NCBI GenBank assembly: GCA_019429305.1 | Contig: JAHYIR010000004.1 | Location: forward strand, 79,781 to 143,780 | Source: Candidatus Cloacimonadota bacterium | GTDB taxonomy: Bacteria; Cloacimonadota; Cloacimonadia; Cloacimonadales; JAJBBL01 | Reading direction: 5' to 3' | DNA: 64,000 nt | Part shown: positions 28,917 through 36,889 of the stretch, one piece after another | How the letters are laid out: each line of letters opens with the position of its first letter | Position numbering within the stretch: the first letter of the stretch is position 1 | Made by a program: the position numbers and the translations under genes | Notes under the pieces: model-generated | Told to the model about the DNA's origin: nothing | Databases searched by the model: none | Seen by the model: only the letters and a program-made list of their open reading frames with translations

Positions 28917-29050
28917 CCGGCTCTACAATTAACGGTTAAAAACCTTCTCGACTCTGCATCTTTCGCTAAACTTCTCGCTTCACTTGTCAAACAGTAGCTG
29001 CGAAGCAGATTCTCGTACAGTTTTCTTAACACCGTTATTTGTAATGCCGG
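28917..29050. repeat. 134-bp element with 20-bp terminal inverted repeats (MITE-like or long hairpin)
   Basis: The left end 'ccggctctacaattaacggt' matches the reverse complement of the right end, 'ccggcattacaaataacggt', at 17/20 positions. The interior is partly self-complementary (gcttc...gaagc). Confidence 0.6.
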
Positions 29051-29105
29051 ATGATCTATTCCCACCCGCCACCCAAATGGAGCGAAGCTCCATAAAAATA
29101 TAAGT

Positions 29106-29201
29106 TGTCATCTCGACTGAAGAAAGGATCACGAAAGTGGATCTTTACTAACAGCACATTTGTCATCTCGACTGGAACGAAGTGAAATGGAGAGATCTCA
29201 T
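29106..29201 (+). repeat. 96-bp direct repeat, copy 2
   Basis: See copy 1 at 28751-28846 (94/96 identical). Confidence 0.9.
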
Positions 29202-29312
29202 TACCGACCCACTTCAAATATGAAATCAAACTCGCTATTCCAATATTAGTGATGAGATATATCGATTACAATCGAATTGACAAAAAAAAAGAAAAGAGCA
29301 AGCAAAGATGAG

Positions 29313-29383
29313 ACATATACTTCAGTCTCTGACTTATGTCATCCTGAGTGATTCAGCTCTTTTGCTGAATTGTATCGAAGGAT
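29313..29383 (+). repeat. repeat modules H + B (compact B copy)
   Basis: 'acatatacttcagtctctgacttatgtcatcctgagtgattcagctcttttgctgaattgtatcgaaggatg'. The first 39 bp repeat 28702-28740. Confidence 0.8.
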
Positions 29384-29538
29384 GAATGATCTGAAAAGGT
29401 TTTCTTTTTACCTTCACCCTTTTTTATTGAATCCTATAACTTATCATGCAATTGAGCCCGACTATACAAACCGAATATGTTATCATGTCTTACAATCCCC
29501 AATTACCTTTTCAAAGACAAAAAAAGAAAAAGTAAAAG

Positions 29539-30888
29539 TTAAGGGGAAATCCTACTGACTCGGAACCCTAAGTTGTTATCAATGTAAGTAGCATTAAGTT
29601 CGATACCACGATAAGTAACGGTGCAATAGTAGCCACTACTCCTCCAACAGCCGCCACGTTTCATACGTCTGAGACCACTAACGGGACCTGTTGGATTAGT
29701 ATAAGCTCCTGATGGATAATTTTCCTGTGATATATCCCAACACAATTCCCAAACATTACCACTCATATCATAAGTCAACAATTCATTAGGAGCTTTAGTT
29801 CCTACATCGTGAGTTCGATTACTGGAGTTATTTAAATGCCAGGCAACTTCATTAAGATTATCACTACCACTGTAGAAATAACCTTGTGTTTGATTACCTC
29901 CCATAGCGGCAAACATCCATTCCATCTCTGTTGGTAATCTATAACCGTTAGCTGTCCAGTTGCAGGATACATTAATATGATTGGCATTGCTTGTATCCCA
30001 AACTGAAGGCCAGTTATCGGGATCTGTACCATAGGTACTGTAACTGTATGCAGGAGTTAGTCCTTCCAGCATGCTGAGACGGTTACAATACTCTATCGCA
30101 TTGAACCAAGAAACTCTTTCCACTGGACGGTCGGGATTATACCCCCAGTAGGAAGGATTGGTACCCATGACAGAAGCATACTCTGCTACGGTAACCTCAT
30201 ATTTTCCAATATAATATGATGACAGGGTTACAAGATAATTACCTCCGTCAGGACTGAAGCTTCCACCTTCGACAAATACAAGATTGTCTGCTATTGTTTG
30301 AATAATATAATCGGCTACAGCTATATCACTTTCCAGCCAGCCCGTCTTATATGCCCTCGCTTTGATAGTAGTGTTTCCGTCTATCATTATCGGATCTGAA
30401 TATACGGGTGATATCTCGTTAGGATCGGTGCCATCGGTTGTATATCTTATAGTTGCTCCCTCCGTAGTGCAGGTAATTGTTACCGTCTGCGGTGCATCGT
30501 ATGTCCCACCAGGCGGATCAAATGTCGGGGTTGCTACAGTTTCAGATGGTAGATCTTCTTCTATGGTATAGACTGCAGTTGCTATCTGACTTGCATCCCA
30601 ACCATTTTTAAACCCTTTGGCAATTAAGGTAGTATTCGTAGACACAATGATCGGAGTGACATATACTAATGATGATTCTGTTGGTTCAGTACCGTCTGTT
30701 GTGTATTTGATTACTGCTCCCTCAGTCTGACAAGTTATAGTTACTTCCTGAGTTTCTGTATATGTACCCCCAGCAGGACTGAATATTGGTGTTGCTACCT
30801 GTTTCTTCGGTTCTGTAGAATCTGAACACGAATTGATTACAATCAAGACTATTAGACAGGCTAAAATAAATACTAAACTCTTCTTCAT
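29539..30888 (-). CDS. surface lipoprotein: two tandem Ig-like (chitobiase/FN3-associated type) domains + C-terminal FGE-sulfatase (SUMF1/C-type-lectin fold) domain
   Basis: An aaggagg RBS precedes the ATG and the lipobox is INSC. The internal duplication is ATPIFSPAGGTYTETQEVTITCQTEGAVIKYTTDGTEP / ATPTFDPPGGTYDAPQTVTITCTTEGATIRYTTDGTDP. The FGE motifs are YYIGKYEVT, RVSWFNAIEYCN, YRLPTEMEW, GNVWE, RGGCW and LGFRVSR. Confidence 0.8.
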   Translation of the reverse strand: MKKSLVFILACLIVLIVINSCSDSTEPKKQVATPIFSPAGGTYTETQEVTITCQTEGAVIKYTTDGTEPTESSLVYVTPIIVSTNTTLIAKGFKNGWDASQIATAVYTIEEDLPSETVATPTFDPPGGTYDAPQTVTITCTTEGATIRYTTDGTDPNEISPVYSDPIMIDGNTTIKARAYKTGWLESDIAVADYIIQTIADNLVFVEGGSFSPDGGNYLVTLSSYYIGKYEVTVAEYASVMGTNPSYWGYNPDRPVERVSWFNAIEYCNRLSMLEGLTPAYSYSTYGTDPDNWPSVWDTSNANHINVSCNWTANGYRLPTEMEWMFAAMGGNQTQGYFYSGSDNLNEVAWHLNNSSNRTHDVGTKAPNELLTYDMSGNVWELCWDISQENYPSGAYTNPTGPVSGLRRMKRGGCWRSSGYYCTVTYRGIELNATYIDNNLGFRVSRISP

Positions 30889-31218
30889 CCTTTCCTCCTT
30901 TATTTGATTTGTTAAAATCGATTTTTTACTTTACCAAGACCTCAACATGACTTGTCGGAGTAAGTTCTCGGCTTGTACTATCATTATCTAAGCAAGCACG
31001 AATTTTTCTATCCCCTCGGAGAAGAGGAGAACAGTAGAGCAAAGCAAAACTAAAAATACTAGGTTTTTCATAAAACCTCCTATCGATTCTAACCTATTCT
31101 CCGATATGTAATAACGTCAATTTTTTTTTGATCTTGCTTATTTTTCTGAGATAAATCTGAGGAATTGGCTTTTTTATGGTCGCTATAAAGTACTATTAAG
31201 TCAATAAAGAATGCCTCA

Positions 31219-31371
31219 GACATACTCGGTTTTTGCAAGTTCTGTCCCCTACGATACAATTCTTGGTAGGAAAAGCAAGGAGCCACTCCAAGAATCACTC
31301 AGGGTGACAGCAGTCTATGTTATGAAAGGTGTGTCATCTCGACTGGAACAAAGTGGAATGGAGAGATCTCA
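31219..31371. repeat. left arm of an inverted-repeat pair (modules B inverted + A forward)
   Basis: It aligns end to end with the reverse complement of 33898-34065, including the linker between modules. Confidence 0.85.
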
Positions 31372-31408
31372 ACAGAGACTAACATCAAACACAAAAACAC
31401 ATTTCACC

Positions 31409-32188
31409 TTAAAGATTCTGAGGGATGTATTTGTTATAAAATCGCTCACAGATATCCCATAATTCAGGGGTCAGGATCTCCTGTATCTTATCTACTATGG
31501 CTTGATCAATTTTACCGTAATATGCTTCGGCAATACCACCGGCTATACAAGCCAGAGTATCACTATCACCACCCAATGATATGGCATTTCGAATAGTATC
31601 TTCATAAGAGTCGGCATCGAGGAAAGAGATTATCGCTTCCGGAACTGTTCCCTGGCAAGATTCATTAAAACTATAATAGGGTCTGATCTCATCGACAGTC
31701 CGAGTCAGGTCGTAATCAAAACGTTCTGTGATTTCTTTTCTGATAACTTCCTTATCATGAGTATTTCTTGCTAAGAAGATGCTTAAGGCAGTTGCTTGTG
31801 CACCCTTGATCCCTTCAGGATGGTTATGTGAGAATTCGGCAGATCTGGCTGCTTCTCTCAATACTTCGTCAATATCGTTATAAGCAAAGCCAACGGGACT
31901 GACTCGCATTGCTGAGCCGTTACCCCAACTGTTATATGGTTGCGGATCAGCAGAAGCGAGCCAATGAATAAATGAACCACCATAACCGGAGTTAGGATAT
32001 TTTCTGCCAATTTCTAATACAGCTCTCTTATAGTCACCATCACTCAAGATAGCTTGAGCAATGGCAACAGTAAGGACTGTATCGTCTGTAAAAAAACATG
32101 TAGAATGGAACAGAGGGAAATCTTTTGTTTTGATCGGATCAAACTCATAAACAGAACCAATAATATCACCGGCGATAGCACCGAGCAT
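31409..32188 (-). CDS. ADP-ribosylglycohydrolase family protein
   Basis: The motifs are GAIAGDIIGSVYEF, GNGSAMRVSPVG and GGDSDTLACIAGGIAEAYYG. The start was chosen at the second ATG (32188), preceded by GGAGGT. The ORF-track start is 32200. Confidence 0.85.
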   Translation of the reverse strand: MLGAIAGDIIGSVYEFDPIKTKDFPLFHSTCFFTDDTVLTVAIAQAILSDGDYKRAVLEIGRKYPNSGYGGSFIHWLASADPQPYNSWGNGSAMRVSPVGFAYNDIDEVLREAARSAEFSHNHPEGIKGAQATALSIFLARNTHDKEVIRKEITERFDYDLTRTVDEIRPYYSFNESCQGTVPEAIISFLDADSYEDTIRNAISLGGDSDTLACIAGGIAEAYYGKIDQAIVDKIQEILTPELWDICERFYNKYIPQNL

Positions 32189-32225
32189 CTTTACCTCCAT
32201 CTTTTATTATTAACAAACAGAGTAA

Positions 32226-33659
32226 TTATTCTAAATCTGATCTGATCAGATCGAGAGTGAAATTTAGGACAGTGTCCTTACCGGAAGCTAAATCTTCAGA
32301 AGTTTGTTCTACATGATAATGGGGTTTAACACCTTGGTAGAGGTTTTCCTCATGGTTTGTTCCGATGAATGCTTTATGAGATACGAAATATTGCAGACCG
32401 GTATTGGGGAGCGAAAAAATGTATAGATCACCAAAACACTTGATCATACCTCCCGTCTCTTCCCCTATTATAACGGCAATATCATAGTATTTAATTGCTG
32501 CGGCAAAGTCTGAAGCACTCGAGAAAGTAAATGGTCCCGTCAGGAGATAAACCTTCCCTTCGTATCGGAAAGGATTAGGTTCGGGAGTTTTCTCTTCTAT
32601 TGGAAAGGTATAAAGTGTTCCTATAGGTGCTTTTAATACTTCATCCCATTCTTTATAGATCTCTTTGATCTGTTTACTGATCTTGATCTCTACTGCAGAA
32701 TATAGGGTAAAAGGTTCGGAGGTGAGATAGTTAAGAAATGCATCCCCTAAGAGCGAATTACCTCCGCCATTATTTCTTATATCAATGATCAGATGTGAAA
32801 TATCTTTTTCTTGAATTTGACGGAAAGTATCTGCTAAAAACTCATTGAACTTCTCTAATTCGATAAAAGAACAGAAATCTATAAAGCCGACATTCAGGTC
32901 CTCTATGATCTTGAAACTGTAAGGTTTTTCTTGCGTATGAGAGATAGCCGGTGTATCTTCGAGAGTTATTCCCTCAATTGTTGCCGATCTTAGATCATTT
33001 TTTTTAACACACAGAAATTCGATCATAAAATCATTTTTTAAGTTATATATAGTCCAAAGCAATATATGAAATACAGTTTCGAGTCTCTTTTCTCGAAATG
33101 ATATTCTCTCTCCACTGGAATAATCGAGCATTCTAGTGATAATTTCATCCATTCTGAGACCATTGATCGAGAGGATTTCTGATCCTGCTATGATCTCCAG
33201 ATCATTAAATGTATGATCAGTAATCAGTATTGCTCTCTTATCACGGATGTTAACTTTCAGCGGGAAAAATTTGCCACCCTTTTCCAAGAATTGATTCCAC
33301 CCATCTCTAGGTATTCCACCACCTGTATGCCCATCTCCCAGCATAGTAATGATAGGAGTCGCTTTCAGGAAAAAATCTAACCGGGTGGTTGGTTCTTGTA
33401 AATCTGATTTGACTTTTTCCAGCTCTGCTCTGACTGTTTTTTCTGGAGTAAAAGCGAACAGATCAGGATGTACTTCTTCCATAGTTTGGAAAAGGAAATT
33501 CAGGTCTTCGAGCAACTCTGTAGGTGAATAGAGTTTACCAATCTCATCTTCGGGAATACCAGTCTGAATTATTGAGCTAGTACTGCACCCTGTGGTTAAA
33601 AGTAATATGATAAAACAAAAGACTAACAAAGAGAAAATGATGGATCTCTTTCTTAACAT
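32226..33659 (-). CDS. peptidase S41 family lipoprotein
   Basis: The lipobox is LTTGCS. The S41 motifs are IIDIRNNGGGNS and TGPFTFSSASDFA. Confidence 0.8.
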   Translation of the reverse strand: MLRKRSIIFSLLVFCFIILLLTTGCSTSSIIQTGIPEDEIGKLYSPTELLEDLNFLFQTMEEVHPDLFAFTPEKTVRAELEKVKSDLQEPTTRLDFFLKATPIITMLGDGHTGGGIPRDGWNQFLEKGGKFFPLKVNIRDKRAILITDHTFNDLEIIAGSEILSINGLRMDEIITRMLDYSSGERISFREKRLETVFHILLWTIYNLKNDFMIEFLCVKKNDLRSATIEGITLEDTPAISHTQEKPYSFKIIEDLNVGFIDFCSFIELEKFNEFLADTFRQIQEKDISHLIIDIRNNGGGNSLLGDAFLNYLTSEPFTLYSAVEIKISKQIKEIYKEWDEVLKAPIGTLYTFPIEEKTPEPNPFRYEGKVYLLTGPFTFSSASDFAAAIKYYDIAVIIGEETGGMIKCFGDLYIFSLPNTGLQYFVSHKAFIGTNHEENLYQGVKPHYHVEQTSEDLASGKDTVLNFTLDLIRSDLE

Positions 33660-33897
33660 CAGAACACCTCAATCTTTTTCTTCTTTAAAATGCTCTTTTA
33701 GAGAGTCGATTCTATTAGTTTTGAGTAGTTCAGAGGTGTCAAATATTTTTGTAGTTTCTTATCTATTACATTTTAATGTTGAAACATGTTATGGCTTAAA
33801 GAATATGATGTTATCCATGTTCCAGAATGTAGTCGAGGTATCTCAGAACTGATGTTGGGAAAGCAAGTATGATCTTAGGTTTATTGTTGGTCGGTTA

Positions 33898-34065
33898 TGA
33901 GGTCTCTCCATTGCGAAAGACTCACTTTCGTGATTCTTTCTCCAGTCGAGATGACAAACTTTTTATAATATAGACTACTGTCACCCTGAGTGATTCTTGG
34001 AGTGGCTTCTTGTTTTGGCTTTCCAAGAATTGTATCGAAGGGGACAGAACTTGCAAATCCGAGTC
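33898..34065. repeat. right arm of the inverted-repeat pair (modules A inverted + B forward)
   Basis: Its reverse complement matches 31219-31371 at roughly 85-90% by eye. There is one 21-nt indel, because this arm has the long form of A. Confidence 0.85.
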
Positions 34066-34075
34066 TGTACAATGT

Positions 34076-34138
34076 ATCCTTCGATACATTCTGTCCTATG
34101 CAGAGCAAGAAGAATAGGCCAGAACACTCAGGATGACA
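34076..34138 (-). repeat. repeat module B (inverted)
   Basis: The reverse complement is 'tgtcatcctgagtgttctggcctattcttcttgctctgcataggacagaatgtatcgaaggat'. It resembles 62161-62223. Confidence 0.75.
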
Positions 34139-34219
34139 TATGATAGTAGTTTAAAGTCGTCAATACTGTCCTGAGCTTGAAGAAGGCTCGGAAGCAGCCA
34201 CGAAGCCAACGAGGATGTT

Positions 34220-34308
34220 GACTTCGTCGAACTCGGAAGCAGCCACGAAGAAGTGTTTTCCTCGGTTCGATACAATTCGGAAAAAGAGCCGAATCACTCA
34301 AGATGACA
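34220..34308. repeat. module C (forward) abutting module B (inverted); a partial C core lies at 34185-34205
   Basis: 'gacttcgtcgaactcggaagcagccacgaagaagtgttttcctcggttc' is followed by 'gatacaattcggaaaaagagccgaatcactcaagatgaca'. Confidence 0.75.
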
Positions 34309-34399
34309 ATTTATGGTTGTTTAGACTCAGGAATGCGTGGAGATTTATACTACTTGACAATAAGATACGTGCAATTAATGATAAAAAAAGGAGGTTGCT

Positions 34400-35194
34400 A
34401 TGAAAAAGAACTTATTACTATTATGCGGTCTACTCACTATTACTTGTTTCTTAATGCTTTTTGTCGGTTGTTCAAGCAGCGACGGAGATTCTTTCTCACT
34501 TGACGATATGATAGGTCCTGAGGGTCCTGACTTGGCAGATTTTGATTATTTTATCAGTATTGAATACTGGGACTTCATAGGTGACTTCACAAAACAAGCT
34601 GTATATTCTGTATATATCGAAACTACAAATCCTGAAGGTTTCCTTGAAGAGATAAATCTCATGATCGATGGAGAAGAAGTTGCTCTCATTTACAATGAAT
34701 TCCATGAAGATTATTCAGCAAATATTACTCTTGAGCAAGGAGTGACTTATGATTTCGTTTTAGTGACTGAATCAAAGAGCTATTCAGCGACTTTAATGAC
34801 ACCATTTATCCCATCTGTTGTGACATTTCCCGATGAACTAGACTATGAAGTCGATCAAACTATTAGCTGGGTCTTGCAAGAAGACAACAAATATCAGTTA
34901 GTTTCTTTCACTTCAATTTTCTGGGATGAAGATGTTATTGATACCTCATCCTACATAAAGGTTATTGAACCATCTGACAGACAACATACTATTCCTGCCA
35001 ATTCAATAGTGTCTTTAGGAGTGGAATCTAATTTAGCGATGTCATTAGCTCAGATAGATTTTGTAGCTAATAACCGATTATTAGTAGCTGCCAGAGCAAT
35101 TAATCAGAAGGATAATTTTGAAGATTATGCTATAGAAAAGATGATCAAGCAATCAAGAGAAGAACTTATCGAGCTTATTAAAAGCTTACAGTAG
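34400..35194 (+). CDS. hypothetical lipoprotein
   Basis: An aaggagg RBS lies 5 nt before the ATG. The signal peptide has lipobox FVGCSS. I recognise no domain. Confidence 0.6.
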   Translation: MKKNLLLLCGLLTITCFLMLFVGCSSSDGDSFSLDDMIGPEGPDLADFDYFISIEYWDFIGDFTKQAVYSVYIETTNPEGFLEEINLMIDGEEVALIYNEFHEDYSANITLEQGVTYDFVLVTESKSYSATLMTPFIPSVVTFPDELDYEVDQTISWVLQEDNKYQLVSFTSIFWDEDVIDTSSYIKVIEPSDRQHTIPANSIVSLGVESNLAMSLAQIDFVANNRLLVAARAINQKDNFEDYAIEKMIKQSREELIELIKSLQ

Positions 35195-35210
35195 CTTTAG
35201 ACCTTTTTTT

Positions 35211-35355
35211 CCCAGACACTAAGTGTCTGGCTATCTTATACCATACCCCTGTGTGGCATTAAAAATACCCGGAGCGTAAGCGATGGGTGATATATGATTA
35301 CCTGAGGTTTTTTAACCTCAGGCATGGGGCATAGTGCCATTTGGAGGAGGGTAGG
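35211..35355 (+). repeat. repeat modules E, E2 and F in that order
   Basis: E is cccagacactaagtgtctggctatcttataccatacccctgtgtggcat. E2 is acccggagcgtaagcgatgggtg. F is cctgaggttttttaacctcaggcatggggcatagtgccatttggaggagggtagg. The same modules occur at 61972-62119 in the order E2, F, E. Confidence 0.75.
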
Positions 35356-35446
35356 CTTGTAACAATTAATTAAAGTCATTTATCTTGACAGTTAAATCTC
35401 AGAACCGAATCTACTTTTCATAAAAAACTATACCTAAGGAGTTCTT

Positions 35447-36889
35447 ATGAAGTTTCTCGACATAGCAATGGAGAAAGCAAGATCTTTAGGTGCCGATTAT
35501 GCTGATATCCGCATCCAAAAAACTCAAACAGAGATCATCTATTTGCGCAACATGAGTCTCAAGAATACCTCTCTGCATGAGCTTTACGGATACGGGATCA
35601 GAGTATTCAAAAACGGTGCCTGGGGATTTGCTCACAGTAATGTTTTTAATGAAGATGCTGTCGTTAAGACGGTTGAAAGGGCTTATGCTTTAGCAACCCA
35701 ATCTGGCAGATTAAAGTATGGAGACGGCTTGAAATTGGCAACAGAAAGGGCTTATATCGATACCTATCGTACACCTTGGTGTATTGATCCCTTCACAGTT
35801 CCATTATCTGAAAAGGTTGAAATGATGCTGGAGGTCAATAAGACGCTACTTGGTTATGAGGCAATCAAAAGGGCAATGTTCATGCTGGAGTGCACTAAAG
35901 ACGAAAAGCTCTTTGCTTCTACATTAGGTTCCCGCTTAGATCTAACTAATCTCTATATTGAACCTGCTTTTACGGCTACTGCAGTCACTGGTGATGATAG
36001 TCAATCCCGCAGTTTCAGAGATGGGGGAGTAGCTGCCGGCTGGGAATATATCAATAATCTGAATTTAATAGAGAAAGCTGAAAAGGTTGCCGAAGAAGCC
36101 ATCATGAAAGTCAATGCCGATAGTTTAGGGGCTGAAGAGAGAAGAACCCTTGTTCTTGATCCTATTCACATGTCTCTGACTATGCATGAATCGGTAGGAC
36201 ATCCCACTGAATTAGACAGAGTATTGGGCTGGGAAGCAGATTTTGCGGGGATCAGTTTTGCAACTCCGGAAAAGCTCAGTAACTTCCAATACGGCAGCAA
36301 AATAGTCAATTTTGTCGCTGACAATACCCTCCCCTGCGGGTTAGCTACGGCAGGTTATGATGATGATGGAGTACCCAACCAGAAATGGTATATCGTTAAG
36401 GATGGTATCTTAAGAGAATACGGAACTACTCGTGATACAGCTCCTCTTCTCAATTTAGGAATGAGTCGTGGATGTAACAGAGCGACCTACTACTTTGATT
36501 TCCCTATCAATCGCATTCCCAATTTATATCTGGAACCGGGGAAAGTGGAACTGTCTCCTAATGAACTAATAGCTGACTGTGATGATGCCATCTATATTGA
36601 AGGACAGGGAAGTTTTTCCATTGATCAGCATAGAGTGAATTTCCAGTTTGGTGGTGATATGTTCTGGGAGATCAAGAAAGGGAAGAAAGTCAGACCGTTA
36701 AAGAAGCTCATCTACAAATCAAATAATCCAGAATTTTGGAACAGTGTCGATGCTATCTGTGATCAACGATACTTCAGGACATTCGGTGTCACCAATTGCG
36801 GAAAAGGACAACCGGGTCAAAGAGGAAGAATGACTCACGGAGGTGCTACAGCACGCTTTCGTAACATCCGGGTAGGAGGTTCACAATGA
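35447..36889 (+). CDS. tldD: TldD family metalloprotease
   Basis: The HESVGHPTELDR (HExxxH) motif and the GxC region TNCGKGQPGQ are present. It is paired with a PmbA-like gene through an ATGA overlap. Confidence 0.85.
   Translation: MKFLDIAMEKARSLGADYADIRIQKTQTEIIYLRNMSLKNTSLHELYGYGIRVFKNGAWGFAHSNVFNEDAVVKTVERAYALATQSGRLKYGDGLKLATERAYIDTYRTPWCIDPFTVPLSEKVEMMLEVNKTLLGYEAIKRAMFMLECTKDEKLFASTLGSRLDLTNLYIEPAFTATAVTGDDSQSRSFRDGGVAAGWEYINNLNLIEKAEKVAEEAIMKVNADSLGAEERRTLVLDPIHMSLTMHESVGHPTELDRVLGWEADFAGISFATPEKLSNFQYGSKIVNFVADNTLPCGLATAGYDDDGVPNQKWYIVKDGILREYGTTRDTAPLLNLGMSRGCNRATYYFDFPINRIPNLYLEPGKVELSPNELIADCDDAIYIEGQGSFSIDQHRVNFQFGGDMFWEIKKGKKVRPLKKLIYKSNNPEFWNSVDAICDQRYFRTFGVTNCGKGQPGQRGRMTHGGATARFRNIRVGGSQ

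Noticed and set aside
28917-29050. 6S RNA or another known long-hairpin sRNA.
   Set aside because: Only the general shape (a long imperfect hairpin) fits. I cannot identify the central bubble or conserved positions, and the 20-bp terminal inverted repeats fit a MITE equally well. It is kept as a repeat, not called as an ncRNA.
28751-29201. Possible CRISPR array in the repeat-dense spacer.
   Set aside because: There are only two copies of the 96-bp unit, about 260 bp apart. The other repeats belong to different families in mixed orientation. There is no regular repeat-spacer periodicity and no cas gene in the window.
29337-29383. A hammerhead-like or k-turn-like core in module B (CCUGAGUGA ... 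CGAAGG).
   Set aside because: The hammerhead core requires CUGANGA directly before stem II and GAAA directly after it. Here the box is CUGAGUGA, one nucleotide too many, and seven extra nucleotides (UUGUAUC) separate stem II from GAA. The k-turn reading needs a 4-nt bulge. The match is suggestive at most, not a consensus match.
29545-29700. A diversity-generating retroelement variable region at the C-terminus of the FGE-sulfatase lipoprotein.
   Set aside because: I could find no template-repeat copy of this segment anywhere in the window, and there is no reverse-transcriptase ORF. A distal TR cannot be excluded without the whole genome.
31211-31462. Track ORFs 31211..31462 (+) and 33881..34108 (-), which share the peptide FASSVP(Y/F)DTILG. 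Also ORFs 15124..15333, 28853..29065, 29370..29558, 34215..34403, 34303..34503, 59690..59902, 59734..59916 and 62247..62432.
   Set aside because: They lie entirely on repeat modules. The shared peptide is simply the translated inverted repeat. They have no RBS or coding-like composition, so I treat them as non-coding.
34185-34205. SRP (4.5S) RNA domain IV, because module C contains GGAAGCAGCC.
   Set aside because: The motif is present in at least four copies (14930, 34190, 34236, 59881). It lacks the 5' partner strand (..GGUCAGGUCC..) and the long closing helix of SRP RNA. It is part of a dispersed repeat.
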